A DNA stretch of 64,000 nucleotides from an uncultured Planctomycetota bacterium (GTDB taxonomy: Bacteria > Planctomycetota > Planctomycetia > Isosphaerales > Isosphaeraceae): assembly GCA_963845755.1 (NCBI GenBank), contig CAWJTV010000005.1, positions 224,001 to 288,000 of the forward strand, in the 5' to 3' direction. The translations under genes were made by a program, and so were the position numbers. A model generated the notes under the pieces. The model was not told where the DNA came from. It did no database searches and worked only from the letters and a program-made list of their open reading frames with translations. Shown piece after piece: positions 11,214-21,064 of the stretch; positions within the stretch are counted from its first letter, which is position 1, and each line of letters starts with the position of its first letter.

Positions 11214-11394
11214 TGTTCATTATTGCAGTAATATCCCCGTTGAGTTCGCGTCGAGCCGGCATGATCTGCCCGACGAACGGATCCCGGCGCTCGATTTTAG
11301 GCCGCCGTGCTCGAGAATACCAGGCCGGTAGCTCGCCCTGTAGCCGGTGCCGGCTCAACCCGCCCATGACGAACGCCCAACCGCTCATGACGAA

Positions 11395-12684
11395 TCAGAT
11401 CGCCGTGCCGTCCGGCAAGGTGATGTTCTTGTGGGTCACGACGATACCATCACGGATCACGTGGGTCGCCGATTCTTCCGTGCTGTCGGCGTCCCCTTTA
11501 CTGATGATCCTCACGTTCCGGCCGACGCGCACGTTCTTGTCGATGATGGCCCGTTCGATGACGGAGTTCGCCCCGATTCCCAATGCTGGTCGGTTGAGCC
11601 GGTGGTTCTCGGTATGATGCTTGGGAAACTCGGGGAAATCGATGCCCATGATGTACGTATCGCGGATCGTGACATTCTCGCCGATCCGGGATCGAACCCC
11701 GATCACCGAGTTCTCGATCACGGTTCCGTGGCCGATGACCGAGCCGTCGCAGATCAGGCTGTTCTTGACCGTTGCGCCCTGGATTCTCGAGCAGGGGAGG
11801 AACCGGGTCCTGGTGAAGATCGGCCCTTCCTCCGCGGCGAAGTCGAACGGAGGCTGTTCGCGCGTCAGCTCGATATTGGCGTTGTGGAAGGCACCGACGG
11901 TGCCGATGTCCTCCCAGTAACCATCGAACAGATGGGCCTGGACGCGGTGAGCGGGGATCGCGCTAGGGAGCACCTCGTGGCCGAAATCGGCCGCGCCGCT
12001 CGAGCGAAGCAGGTCGACGAGGGTCGTCCGGTTGAACAGGTAGATCCCCATGCTCGCCAGGTAGGGTTGACCGGACGCGTTCAGGCCGAGCTTCTCCAGC
12101 CAGGCCGGATCGGTCCGGACCCGTTCCAGCTTCTCGGTTGTCTTGGGCTTCTCCTCGAACTCGATGACGCGCCCGTCGGCCTGGATCTTCATGATCCCGC
12201 AGGACCTGGCCTCCTGTTCGGCCACCGGAAGCGCCGCGATCGTGACCGCCGCCTTGTTCTCCAGATGGGTGCGGATCATGTCCTGGAAATCCATCCGGTA
12301 GAGCTGGTCGCCGGACAGGATCAGCACCAGATCATACGTGCTCTCCGTGAAGTAGGGGATGTTGCGTCGGACGGCGTCGGCGGTCCCCTGATACCAGGAC
12401 TCGTGCTCCATGGTCTGCTGCGCGGCCAGGATCTCGACGAATCCGCCTCCGTAAGGATCGAATTTATATGTGTTATAAATGTGTCGGTGCAAGCTTACTG
12501 AATTGAACTGGGTCAGGACGAAGATCCGGTTCAATCGCGAGTTGATGCAGTTCGACACGGGAATGTCGATCAGCCGATACTTGCCGGCGATCGGGACCGC
12601 CGGCTTGCTCCGCGACTTGGTCAGCGGGAACAGCCGGGTGCCTCGACCTCCACCCAGAATCAGCGAGATCACCCGAGGCGTCAT
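11395..12684 (-). CDS. glgC: Glucose-1-phosphate adenylyltransferase
   Basis: GGGRGTRLFPLT..RSKPAVP, WYQGTADAV, FEEKP, ASMGIY, DFG and YWEDIGT, plus a hexapeptide-repeat C-terminus. Confidence 0.97.
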   Translation of the reverse strand: MTPRVISLILGGGRGTRLFPLTKSRSKPAVPIAGKYRLIDIPVSNCINSRLNRIFVLTQFNSVSLHRHIYNTYKFDPYGGGFVEILAAQQTMEHESWYQGTADAVRRNIPYFTESTYDLVLILSGDQLYRMDFQDMIRTHLENKAAVTIAALPVAEQEARSCGIMKIQADGRVIEFEEKPKTTEKLERVRTDPAWLEKLGLNASGQPYLASMGIYLFNRTTLVDLLRSSGAADFGHEVLPSAIPAHRVQAHLFDGYWEDIGTVGAFHNANIELTREQPPFDFAAEEGPIFTRTRFLPCSRIQGATVKNSLICDGSVIGHGTVIENSVIGVRSRIGENVTIRDTYIMGIDFPEFPKHHTENHRLNRPALGIGANSVIERAIIDKNVRVGRNVRIISKGDADSTEESATHVIRDGIVVTHKNITLPDGTAI

Positions 12685-12833
12685 AACGCTCCCTCCTGCT
12701 CGTGGTGCGGACTCTCTTCAGGCAGTCGTCATGAGACGGCGGACGGCCGGCACGATCGGAGTGAGACCTTCGAATCTGGGATCGTCTCACGAACCAGCCG
12801 TCCCTCGGTCTCGCCCTATCGGACCACCGACGA

Positions 12834-13157
12834 CTACCACCCGCGGACCATGTTCGATTCGATGACCTTCCGAGCGCCGTCGAGGTCTGTCCCCGTCGCT
12901 TGCATGTACAGGCGGACTGCATGCAGCTTGTCCCCCTGGGCCTTCGACAGGCAGTCGCGGGCGACCGCACAGGGGTCGGCCTCGGTCGCGATCCCGAGCA
13001 ACCGCTTTGAGATCACCCAGGCATCCCGCGGACGGTGGCTGACCCGGATGATCTCCTCACTCGGATAATGCGACACCGCGAACGCGCGCGCGGATTCATC
13101 GTCTTCCACGCACGCAATCATGATATGTGACGTTGTCTCGACCTCGAACAGGGGCAT
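12834..13157 (-). CDS. Small hypothetical protein (resembles the planctomycete DUF6793 family)
   Basis: 107-aa ORF MPLFEVET..RPRDAWVISK..ARDCL..GDKLHA. Family recalled from memory, not searched. Confidence 0.7.
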   Translation of the reverse strand: MPLFEVETTSHIMIACVEDDESARAFAVSHYPSEEIIRVSHRPRDAWVISKRLLGIATEADPCAVARDCLSKAQGDKLHAVRLYMQATGTDLDGARKVIESNMVRGW

Positions 13158-13538
13158 GGGCGATCCCTTTCCGGAAATGGAGGGTTTCCCGTGAGACAGG
13201 TGTGTCGGGAACAATTCTGGTCAAGGAGAGCTCCGATACAAGGGATGGTAACCGTCGGAATGCGTCGGGTCAAACCTCTGGCTGCGTTCGTCTCGGTCTC
13301 GATTCGGATCGTTATGAGGGTAACGACCGTCGGCGTGGACCTTGCCGGCGGGCGGCCGGCTTGCGACAATCCAAATGTAAGGACGAGAGGAGAGGTTCGC
13401 GGGGCGAGGGAAGTTGAGACGCGACTCGGTGCACTCCCGAGGCAGCGATCGGACCCAAGAGCGTCGAGCGCAACCTCGAAATGTACATCGCACCTCTCGC
13501 CAGTATCACGTAACCCCTCGCAAGAGGTCGATTGAAAG

Positions 13539-14942
13539 ATGCCAGAGACCTTGTTCGATAAGGTCTGGGATCGCCATGTGGTGGTCGCGACGGAGGAGGC
13601 GACGCTCCTTTACATCGACCGGCACCTGGTCCATGAGGTGACCAGTCCGCAGGCATTCGATGGACTCAGGCTGGCCAGGCGCGGGGTGCGCCGAGTGGAC
13701 CTGACGTACGCCACGGTCGATCACAACGTCCCGACCGATAACCAGTTCGACATCCGCGACCCCTTGTCGCGCCGGCAGGTCGAAACGCTAAGGACCAACT
13801 GCCGGGAGTTCGGCATCACGCTCTACGACATCCAGAGCGGTCACCAGGGGATCGTTCACGTGATCGGCCCGGAACTGGGCCTGACGCTCCCCGGAGCGAC
13901 GATCGTTTGCGGCGACAGCCATACAAGCACGCATGGTGCCTTCGGTGCCCTGGCTTTCGGGATCGGGACGAGCGAGGTCGAGCACGTCCTGGCCACCCAG
14001 ACGCTCTGGCAGGGCGTGCGGCCTCACTCGCTGGGGGTGGAAGTGACCGGCCAACTCGACACCGGGCTGGAGCCGAAGGATATCATCCTGGCCATTATCC
14101 GTAAAATCGGCACGGGAGGGGCGACCGGCCACGTGATCGAATATTACGGACCGGCGATCACGGCACTGTCGATGGAAGGCAGGATGACGATCTGCAACAT
14201 GTCGATCGAAGGCGGAGCTCGGGCCGGAATGATTGCGCCGGACGATGTGACGATGGAATACATCGCGCGCGGAGAGCGTCGTTTCGCGCCGAAGGGCGCC
14301 GCGCTCGACGCAGCGATCCGGGACTGGCGAGGGCTTCGGACCGACGACCCCTCGGCGTTCGATCGCCACGTTTCGATCGATGCCTCAGCGCTGGTTCCTC
14401 AGGTCACCTGGGGCACCAACCCGGCGATGACGGTCGATGTCACGGGTGTGGTCCCTCAACCCGAGGAGGTCCCCTTCACCGCCCCCGACGACGCCCGACG
14501 CGCCCTGTCTTACATGGGCCTGTCGCCCGGTACCCCGATCAGCCAGATCCCGATCGACGTCGTCTTCATCGGATCCTGCACCAATGGAAGGATCGAGGAT
14601 CTCCGCGCCGCGGCACGCGTCTTTCGCGGCCGAAAGACGGCCCCTGGCGTCCGAGCGTTGGTGGTCCCCGGCAGTGAAGAAGTCCGTTATCAGGCCGAAG
14701 CCGAGGGTCTCGACCGCATCTTCCGGGACGCAGGCGCCGAATGGCGACAATCAGGTTGCAGCATGTGCCTGGCCATGAACCCCGATAAGCTCACGCCGGG
14801 TCAGCGCTCCGCCAGCACCAGCAACCGGAATTTCGAAGGCCGCCAGGGACCCGGGGGACGAACCCATCTCGTCAGCCCAGCGATGGCGGCCGCCGCGGCC
14901 GTCACCGGGCGTTTCGCGGATGTACGGGAGCTTCTGGCGTGA
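13539..14942 (+). CDS. leuC: 3-isopropylmalate dehydratase large subunit
   Basis: [30 protein letters not shown] and [12 protein letters not shown]. Confidence 0.98.
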   Translation: MPETLFDKVWDRHVVVATEEATLLYIDRHLVHEVTSPQAFDGLRLARRGVRRVDLTYATVDHNVPTDNQFDIRDPLSRRQVETLRTNCREFGITLYDIQSGHQGIVHVIGPELGLTLPGATIVCGDSHTSTHGAFGALAFGIGTSEVEHVLATQTLWQGVRPHSLGVEVTGQLDTGLEPKDIILAIIRKIGTGGATGHVIEYYGPAITALSMEGRMTICNMSIEGGARAGMIAPDDVTMEYIARGERRFAPKGAALDAAIRDWRGLRTDDPSAFDRHVSIDASALVPQVTWGTNPAMTVDVTGVVPQPEEVPFTAPDDARRALSYMGLSPGTPISQIPIDVVFIGSCTNGRIEDLRAAARVFRGRKTAPGVRALVVPGSEEVRYQAEAEGLDRIFRDAGAEWRQSGCSMCLAMNPDKLTPGQRSASTSNRNFEGRQGPGGRTHLVSPAMAAAAAVTGRFADVRELLA

Positions 14943-15033
14943 GGGTGGTGGGCGACAGGAGCGAAGGACACGGAGGGCGCAGAGCACTCGATGCCCTGGG
15001 CAGACCCTCGATCTCGAATCGGGAATCTCAAGC

Positions 15034-15726
15034 ATGCAGCCTTTCGTAACGCATCGAGGCCGACTGGCCCTACTCGACTGGACCGACGTCAACACGGATC
15101 TGATCATCCCCGCGCGATACTTGAAGCGGATCGAGCGGACGGGGTTCGGCCCGCTACTATTCGCCGACAAGCGATATGTCCCAGGCGGCGCCCCCGAGAT
15201 CGATGACCCCGATCGGCATGGTCTGGAGAATCCTGATTTTCCCCTCAACAACCCCGCACTGCGGGGAGCAACCGTTCTCGTGGTCGGGCGGAACTTCGGC
15301 TGCGGCTCCAGTCGGGAACATGCCGTCTGGGCCGTCATGCAAGGCGGTTACCGGGCGATCATCGCCCCGGTCAAGGGGGAAGGGTTTGCCGACATCTTCG
15401 AATCGAATGCCCTCCATAACGGATTGCTCGTCATCGAGTTAGGTCTGGACGCATGGCAGTCGATCGCCACGGCCGTGCGCGAACGTCCGGAGTCCACCGA
15501 AGTAACCATCGACCTCCGCGATCAGTCGGTCATTCTTCATCGCGTCGCGAACGATCCTGCCAGCGAAAGGCAACTGCGCTTCGCCTTCGAGATTCCCGAA
15601 TCCCACCGCAAGCGATTGCTCAAGGGACTGGACGCGATTGCCGAAACTCTGCTCCACGATGCTGAGATTCGACGACACGAGCAGCACGCCCCCGCCTGGC
15701 TCTCGAGTCCAGCACGTTCTTCGTAG
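15034..15726 (+). CDS. leuD: 3-isopropylmalate dehydratase small subunit
   Basis: VNTDLIIPARYL, NFGCGSSREHA, FADIF..N and GLD.I; follows leuC. Confidence 0.96.
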   Translation: MQPFVTHRGRLALLDWTDVNTDLIIPARYLKRIERTGFGPLLFADKRYVPGGAPEIDDPDRHGLENPDFPLNNPALRGATVLVVGRNFGCGSSREHAVWAVMQGGYRAIIAPVKGEGFADIFESNALHNGLLVIELGLDAWQSIATAVRERPESTEVTIDLRDQSVILHRVANDPASERQLRFAFEIPESHRKRLLKGLDAIAETLLHDAEIRRHEQHAPAWLSSPARSS

Positions 15727-15954
15727 CAATGCCTTTCTCGGAAAGAGCTTGTAACTTCCATGGGCTGAGGATGCGCCCATGCCTTATCGACATACCATGA
15801 GACTCAGTATTCGCGTAAGGTCTCGCTGTTGCCGAGAGCAAATTCATCTTTCGGCTCGTCGTACGAGACCGATCCAGGCGAAGCAGGACTCGTCGAAGCG
15901 ACGACACCTCGCGAGACTCGGATCCCTTAACTCGACCGCGCACCCATCGCCCGA

Positions 15955-15986
15955 ATCTTGACCTTGATCAGCAAGATACGTAAGAT
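15955..15986 (+). promoter_or_regulatory. Sigma70-like promoter of the cysH operon with an overlapping inverted repeat
   Basis: TTGACC (15958-63), 17-nt spacer, TAAGAT (15981-86). ATCTTG-N11-CAAGAT (15955-77) covers the -35 box. Confidence 0.5.
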
Positions 15987-16060
15987 TGGCGATGTCCACG
16001 GCAGATCGCCGGAATTATGTCGGCGATCGATGGTTCCTGCGCGAGAGGAGAACCCACATC

Positions 16061-16782
16061 ATGTCAGCTATCGAAATGCTGGCTCAGGAGGAATGGACAG
16101 AGGTCAATGCAGCAACTGGCAGGGGCGACGCCGCATGATATCATCCAGTGGGCAGTCGATCGGTTCTACCCGCGTCTGACGATGGCGACGGCGTTCGGGG
16201 CGGAAGGGTGTATCCTGTTGCACCTCCTGGCGGAGATCGAGCCGAAGGTGCGGGTGTTCAACCTGGACACGGGTTACCAGTTCCCGGAGACGCTGGACCT
16301 GCGGGATCGGCTGGCGGAACGCTATGGGATCGAGGTGGAGCTGATCCGTGCGGAGACGACGGTCGCCGAGTACGAACGGCAGCACGGCGGCCCCTTGTAT
16401 GTATCCCATTCGGATCAATGTTGCTATGATCGAAAGATCGTTCCGTTGCGGCGGGCACTGGTTGGCTACGATGCATGGATCACGGCGATCCGAGCCGAGC
16501 AGTCCTCACACCGCGCGGCGGCCCAGATCGTGGGACCAGATCCGAAGTTCGGCCTGGTCAAGATCAACCCGCTCCTGAACTGGACGCGACGGGATGTCTG
16601 GGCCTTCGTCGTCACGCACAATGTGCCATATAACCCATTGTACGACCGGGGTTATTCTTCGATCGGCTGCTGGCCGTGCACGCGCGCCGTATCCGCGGGG
16701 CAGGATGAGAGGGCCGGCCGGTGGGCTGGCCAGGCCAAGACCGAGTGTGGCCTTGCACTCGCTAGATAGCAGCCAGCTCTGA
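16061..16782 (+). CDS. cysH: (Phospho)adenylyl-sulfate reductase; two indels (~16109, ~16751)
   Basis: TAFG, LDTGYQFPET, CC..RK, GY.SIGC.PCT and ERAGRW. Removing one base restores the terminal ECGLH. The CC/CxxC pair suggests the Fe-S APS-reductase type. Confidence 0.92.
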
Positions 16783-16819
16783 GACGGGGACGGTCAACCG
16801 GCCGGGAGGCCGCGACTCG

Positions 16820-17239
16820 ATGAAGATCTCGGCGAAGGCGGAATATGCGTGTCTGGCCGTCCTGGCCCTGGCTCGGCACGGTCCCGCCGGGCCGCCGATG
16901 CGGATTCGCGAAATCTCCGAGTCGTCGGCGATCCCGGAGCGCTACCTCGTGCAGATCCTGCTTCAACTGAAGGCGGCCGGTCTGGTCGTGAGCACGCGCG
17001 GGGCGTCGGGCGGTTACCACCTGGCACGCCCCGCCTCGGCCATCTCGCTCAGCGAGGTCCTCACGGCGATCGAGGGCCCCGATGTGTCGTCCCACGAGCA
17101 GGCAGGGTCGAGGCGAACGACGTCGAGGGTGCTCGACCTCGTCTGGGAGAGCGTTCGAGCCGCCGAGCGGGCCGTTCTCGACCGCACCACGATCGCCCAG
17201 CTTGCCGAACAATCCTCTCCCCGCGAATGGATCATCTAG
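16820..17239 (+). CDS. Rrf2 family transcriptional regulator (CymR-like, no Fe-S cysteine triad)
   Basis: MKISAKAEYA..YLVQIL..LK.AGLV.S.RG..GGY.LAR; located within the sulfate assimilation genes. Confidence 0.92.
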   Translation: MKISAKAEYACLAVLALARHGPAGPPMRIREISESSAIPERYLVQILLQLKAAGLVVSTRGASGGYHLARPASAISLSEVLTAIEGPDVSSHEQAGSRRTTSRVLDLVWESVRAAERAVLDRTTIAQLAEQSSPREWII

Positions 17240-17244
17240 TCAAG

Positions 17245-17274
17245 TTAACCCACGTGGACCAAAGTTGGTACAAT
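17245..17274 (+). promoter_or_regulatory. Putative extended -10 promoter for sat-cysC
   Basis: TG-g-TACAAT at 17266-17274; weak -35 TTAACC at 17245-17250. Confidence 0.35.
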
Positions 17275-17425
17275 GAACTCTCGTGCCGGCGGCGGAGAAC
17301 CGATCGGGAATCCGAGCCGGCACATTGTGTTTTTGTCGTATGGTAAACAGGGATGATCGCCTCGTCCGTGGGCGTGCGATTCTTTCGGGATATCGACGGC
17401 ATCTTTGAGAGAAAGGAGCCTGGCC

Positions 17426-19199
17426 ATTTCAGCCTCGACATCGACAGCAAGCTCCGCCGCTACGAACGGCAAGCTGAATCCACCTTACGCCGGCTCGCTG
17501 ACCGACCTGATCGTCGGGAATGAGCGTGCGGCCGAAATGAAAGCGACTTCCAAGGACCATGCCAGTGTGACCCTCAACGAGCGCGGGCTCTGCGACCTGG
17601 AGCTGCTGGCCGTCGGCGGGTTCTCGCCACTGAAAAGCTTCCTGGGGAAGGCCGACTACGAGCGGGTCGTCGGCGAGATGCGGTTGGCCAACGGGACGCT
17701 CTGGCCGTTGCCGGTCGTCCTGCCGGTCACGCCGGGAGATGGCGTTGCCGAGGGGAAGCCGCTGGCCCTGCGGGACGTCTACGGCAACCTGCTGGCGTTC
17801 CTCCATGTCGAGGAAATCTACGCGTACGACAAGTCCAACGAGGCGCGCCACGCCTATGGTTCGCTCGACGAGAAACACCCAGCGGTCGCCCACCTGAACC
17901 GGCAGCCCGGGCATAACGCCTCGGGGCGGCTGGAGGTGATTCGCGTCCCGCCACATTATGACTTCGTCGAGCTCCGCCGCACTCCGACCGAGCTGCGCCG
18001 CGCACTTCCAATCGCTGGGATGGAGCAAGATCGTCGCCTTCCAGACACGCAACCCCTTGCATCGGGCCCACGAGGAGCTGACCAAGCGCGCCGCGCAGCA
18101 GATCGGTGGCGGCCTGCTGATCCATCCGGTCGTCGGCGTGACCAAGCCCGGCGACGTGGATCATTACACCCGGGTGCGCTGCTACCGTGCCCTGGTCGAT
18201 AACTACTACGAGCCGGGGACCGTCGTGCTCAGCCTCCTGCCCCTGGCGATGCGCATGGGCGGCCCGCGCGAGGTGCTTCTGCACGCGATCATCCGCCGCA
18301 ACTACGGCTGCACCCACTTCATCGTCGGCCGCGACCACGCCGGACCAGGCAACGACTCGACCGGCAAGCCATTCTATTCGCCCTATGCCGCGCAGGAATC
18401 GATGGGCAAACATGCTGCCGAGATCGGCATGCAAATGGTTGACTTCAAGCAAATGGTCTTCTTGCCGGACGAGAACCGTTACAGCCCCGTTGACGAGGTC
18501 CCGACCGGGGTCAAGACGGCGGATATCTCCGGCACCCAGGTCCGCGATAACTACCTGGCCAAGGGCCTTCAGCTCCCCGAGTGGTTCAGCCGGCCGGCTG
18601 TGGCCGAGATTCTCGGCGAGATGAATCCGCCCAGGTTCCGCCAGGGTGTGACGCTCTGGTTCACCGGTCTCTCGGGCTCGGGCAAGAGCACCATCGCCCA
18701 CGCGACCATCGAGCGGATGGCCGAGTACGGCCGGAACTGCTCGCTCCTCGACGGCGACGAGATTCGTACCCATCTCTCCAAGGGACTGGGTTTCAGCAAG
18801 GAAGACCGAGACACCAACATCCGCCGCGTCGGCTACGTCGCCGGCATGGTCACTCAGCACGGCGGGACGACGCTCTGCTCGGTGATCAGCCCCTATCGCG
18901 CCATCCGGGACGAGGCCCGGAAGATGTCCAAGGGCAACTTTGTCGAGGTCTACTGCGACACACCGATCGAGGTCTGCGAGCAGCGCGACGTCAAGGGCAT
19001 GTACTCCAAGGCCCGCGCAGCCGTCGCCGAGGGCAAGCCCATGGGCTTCACCGGCGTCGATGATCCCTATGAGCCCCCGATCAATCCCGAGGTCACCCTC
19101 GACACCAGCAAGCTCTCGGTCCAGGAGTGCGTTGACACCATCATCGACAAGCTCCTGGAGCTAGGGTACGTCCTGCCCCACGGGCATATCGTCGAGTAA
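17426..19199 (+). CDS. sat: Bifunctional sulfate adenylyltransferase / adenylylsulfate kinase; frameshift at ~18000; start codon uncertain
   Basis: DLELLAVGGFSPL, AFQTRNPLHRAH, GRDHAG, then an APS kinase domain WFTGLSGSGKST, LDGD..R, RDVKG.Y and FTGVDDPYE. Confidence 0.93.
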
Positions 19200-19235
19200 C
19201 GAATCTTTCGATTTTCTGCGAGTCGAATGCAACTT

Positions 19236-19286
19236 CAAGCAGTCCGGCCGCTAGGAACCTTTCCAAGCAGCCGGACTGCTTGTTTC
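19236..19286 (+). terminator. Long stem-loop after sat-cysC, probable intrinsic terminator
   Basis: CAAGCAGTCCGGC...GCCGGACTGCTTG inverted repeat followed by TTTC. Confidence 0.6.
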
Positions 19287-19454
19287 TAGGGATAGACGAT
19301 ACATCCTGCTAAACAGCCAACTCATCCCAGCACGAGGATTGACGAACTGCGAAGACGACCGTCCGACAACTTTCCATGTCGTCTTGTGCCTCGAATCCGA
19401 GGGCGAGCCGATCGCCTCCTATCTCGCCGCGGTTGATTCGCTACAATAGTCCGC

Positions 19455-20951
19455 ATGAACGTCATCGTCGTGGTTTGCAACAGCTTGCACCTGGGCTTTC
19501 TGGGTGCTTACGGAAATGCCTGGATCGAGACGCCCAGCCTGGACCGGCTCGCGTCCGAGGGGATCGTCTTCGACCATCATTTTCCCGAGAACCTGACCAC
19601 CCTGCCGACCCGTCGGAGCTGGTGGACCGGCCGTTATGGGTTCGCCGATCCGGATCAGGGCTGGACTCCGCTGCGCCCGGACGAGCGCATCCTGCCCGAC
19701 CTGCTCTGGAACCAGGGAGTCCGCACGGCTTTCATCTCCGACGTCCCCCTGCTCCGCGAGACCGGCATGGGCTACGGCCGCGGGTTCGACGAGGTGATCT
19801 GGGTGCGTGGGCAGGGTTACGACCCGCTCGTCCATCCCTCGGATCCCCGCGCCCGGCACGTGCGGCTCGAGGATGAACCGGGTCTGAGGCTCCCTCCGGA
19901 AGATGACCCGGATTTCGCTCTCTGGAAATCCCGATGGGAGCAGTACTTACGCAACCGGGCCGTCTTGCGGACCGACATCGATGAGAACACGGGCGTCGCG
20001 CGGATGGTAAAGACGGCCATCGACTGGCTCGAACGTCGCGGAGGCGAGAAGGCGCCCTTCCTTCTCTGGCTCGACATCTTCAGTCCGCACGGGCCGTGGG
20101 ACCCGCCCCAGCCGTATCGCGACCAGTACGTGATGGCCGAGCCCGACGAGTTCGAGGCTGGTGAGGAAGGAGACCTCGTCGAGGATGTCGGCGAGGCTGA
20201 GGATCTGGATTTCGATATCCAGGAGGTCGCGGCCCTGATCGACGTACCGGGAGGGGCGGTCGGCGACGTGCTCAGTGAGGCCGAACTCTTCCGATTGAGG
20301 CGGACTTACGCCGGCACCGTGACCCTGGTCAACCGCTGGCTAGGCGTCCTCTTCGAGTCTTTGGGCCGCATGGGCCGGCTGGATGATACCGTCGTGATCT
20401 TCACCAGCGATCAGGGCGAGCCGCTCGGCGAACATGGCTTCGTCCGCCGGTTCCGTCCCTGGCTGCACGAGGAGCTGATCCACACGCCCTTGATCGTGAG
20501 GATGCCACGCGGGAGGCACGGCGGGATTCGGCACCGGGGCCTCGTGCAGACCGTCAACCTGCTGCCGACGGTCGTCTCGGCCCTGGGCCTTCCTCCGCTG
20601 GACGACCAGGCCGCCCCGATCCACGGTCACGACCTGCTTCCCTTGATCCGCGGCGAGCAGACCAAGGTCCGAGACTACGCCTGTCTCGGGATGGATGTCG
20701 CGGAGTTCGCCATCCGGACGCATCTCTGGCACCTGATCGTCCCAATGGAGAACGACCCGGAGGAGCCGCGGTCCCCGGAACTCTTTCGCAAGCCCGAGGA
20801 CCGCTGGGACCAGAACAACGTAATCGAGCAGCATCCCGAAGTTGCCGATCACCTGGAGCTCACACTCCGCCGGTTTATCGACGTCATCGGCCGAGACAGC
20901 CTGGACGAGCTTCCGTCTCTGCGCGAGATTGCCCGATTCGGCAGCGGCTGA
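19455..20951 (+). CDS. Sulfatase-like hydrolase (alkaline phosphatase superfamily) with a non-canonical active site
   Basis: ETPSLDRLASEG, TLPTRRSWWTG (in place of CxPxR), PHGPWDPP, FTSDQG.PLGEHG and HTPLIVR. Confidence 0.88.
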   Translation: MNVIVVVCNSLHLGFLGAYGNAWIETPSLDRLASEGIVFDHHFPENLTTLPTRRSWWTGRYGFADPDQGWTPLRPDERILPDLLWNQGVRTAFISDVPLLRETGMGYGRGFDEVIWVRGQGYDPLVHPSDPRARHVRLEDEPGLRLPPEDDPDFALWKSRWEQYLRNRAVLRTDIDENTGVARMVKTAIDWLERRGGEKAPFLLWLDIFSPHGPWDPPQPYRDQYVMAEPDEFEAGEEGDLVEDVGEAEDLDFDIQEVAALIDVPGGAVGDVLSEAELFRLRRTYAGTVTLVNRWLGVLFESLGRMGRLDDTVVIFTSDQGEPLGEHGFVRRFRPWLHEELIHTPLIVRMPRGRHGGIRHRGLVQTVNLLPTVVSALGLPPLDDQAAPIHGHDLLPLIRGEQTKVRDYACLGMDVAEFAIRTHLWHLIVPMENDPEEPRSPELFRKPEDRWDQNNVIEQHPEVADHLELTLRRFIDVIGRDSLDELPSLREIARFGSG

Positions 20952-21007
20952 GCGTGAACAGGACAGGCCTGGTGGGTCTACCACCCGAACGAACGTTCCA
21001 AACAAAC

Positions 21008-21047
21008 AGGGGGACTGGCACCTCGAAGATTCGGAGCCAGTCCCCTT
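21008..21047. repeat. REP-like palindrome family B (GGGGACTGGCACC...GGAGCCAGTCCCC) between convergent genes
   Basis: Near-perfect inverted repeat; a related copy lies at ~61070-61107. Confidence 0.7.
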
Positions 21048-21064
21048 CGGATTCGAGGCTCGGA

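Noticed and set aside
13481..13513. Short ORF upstream of leuC as an attenuator leader
   Set aside because: The peptide MYIAPLASIT has a single Leu, and no terminator/antiterminator pair is evident.
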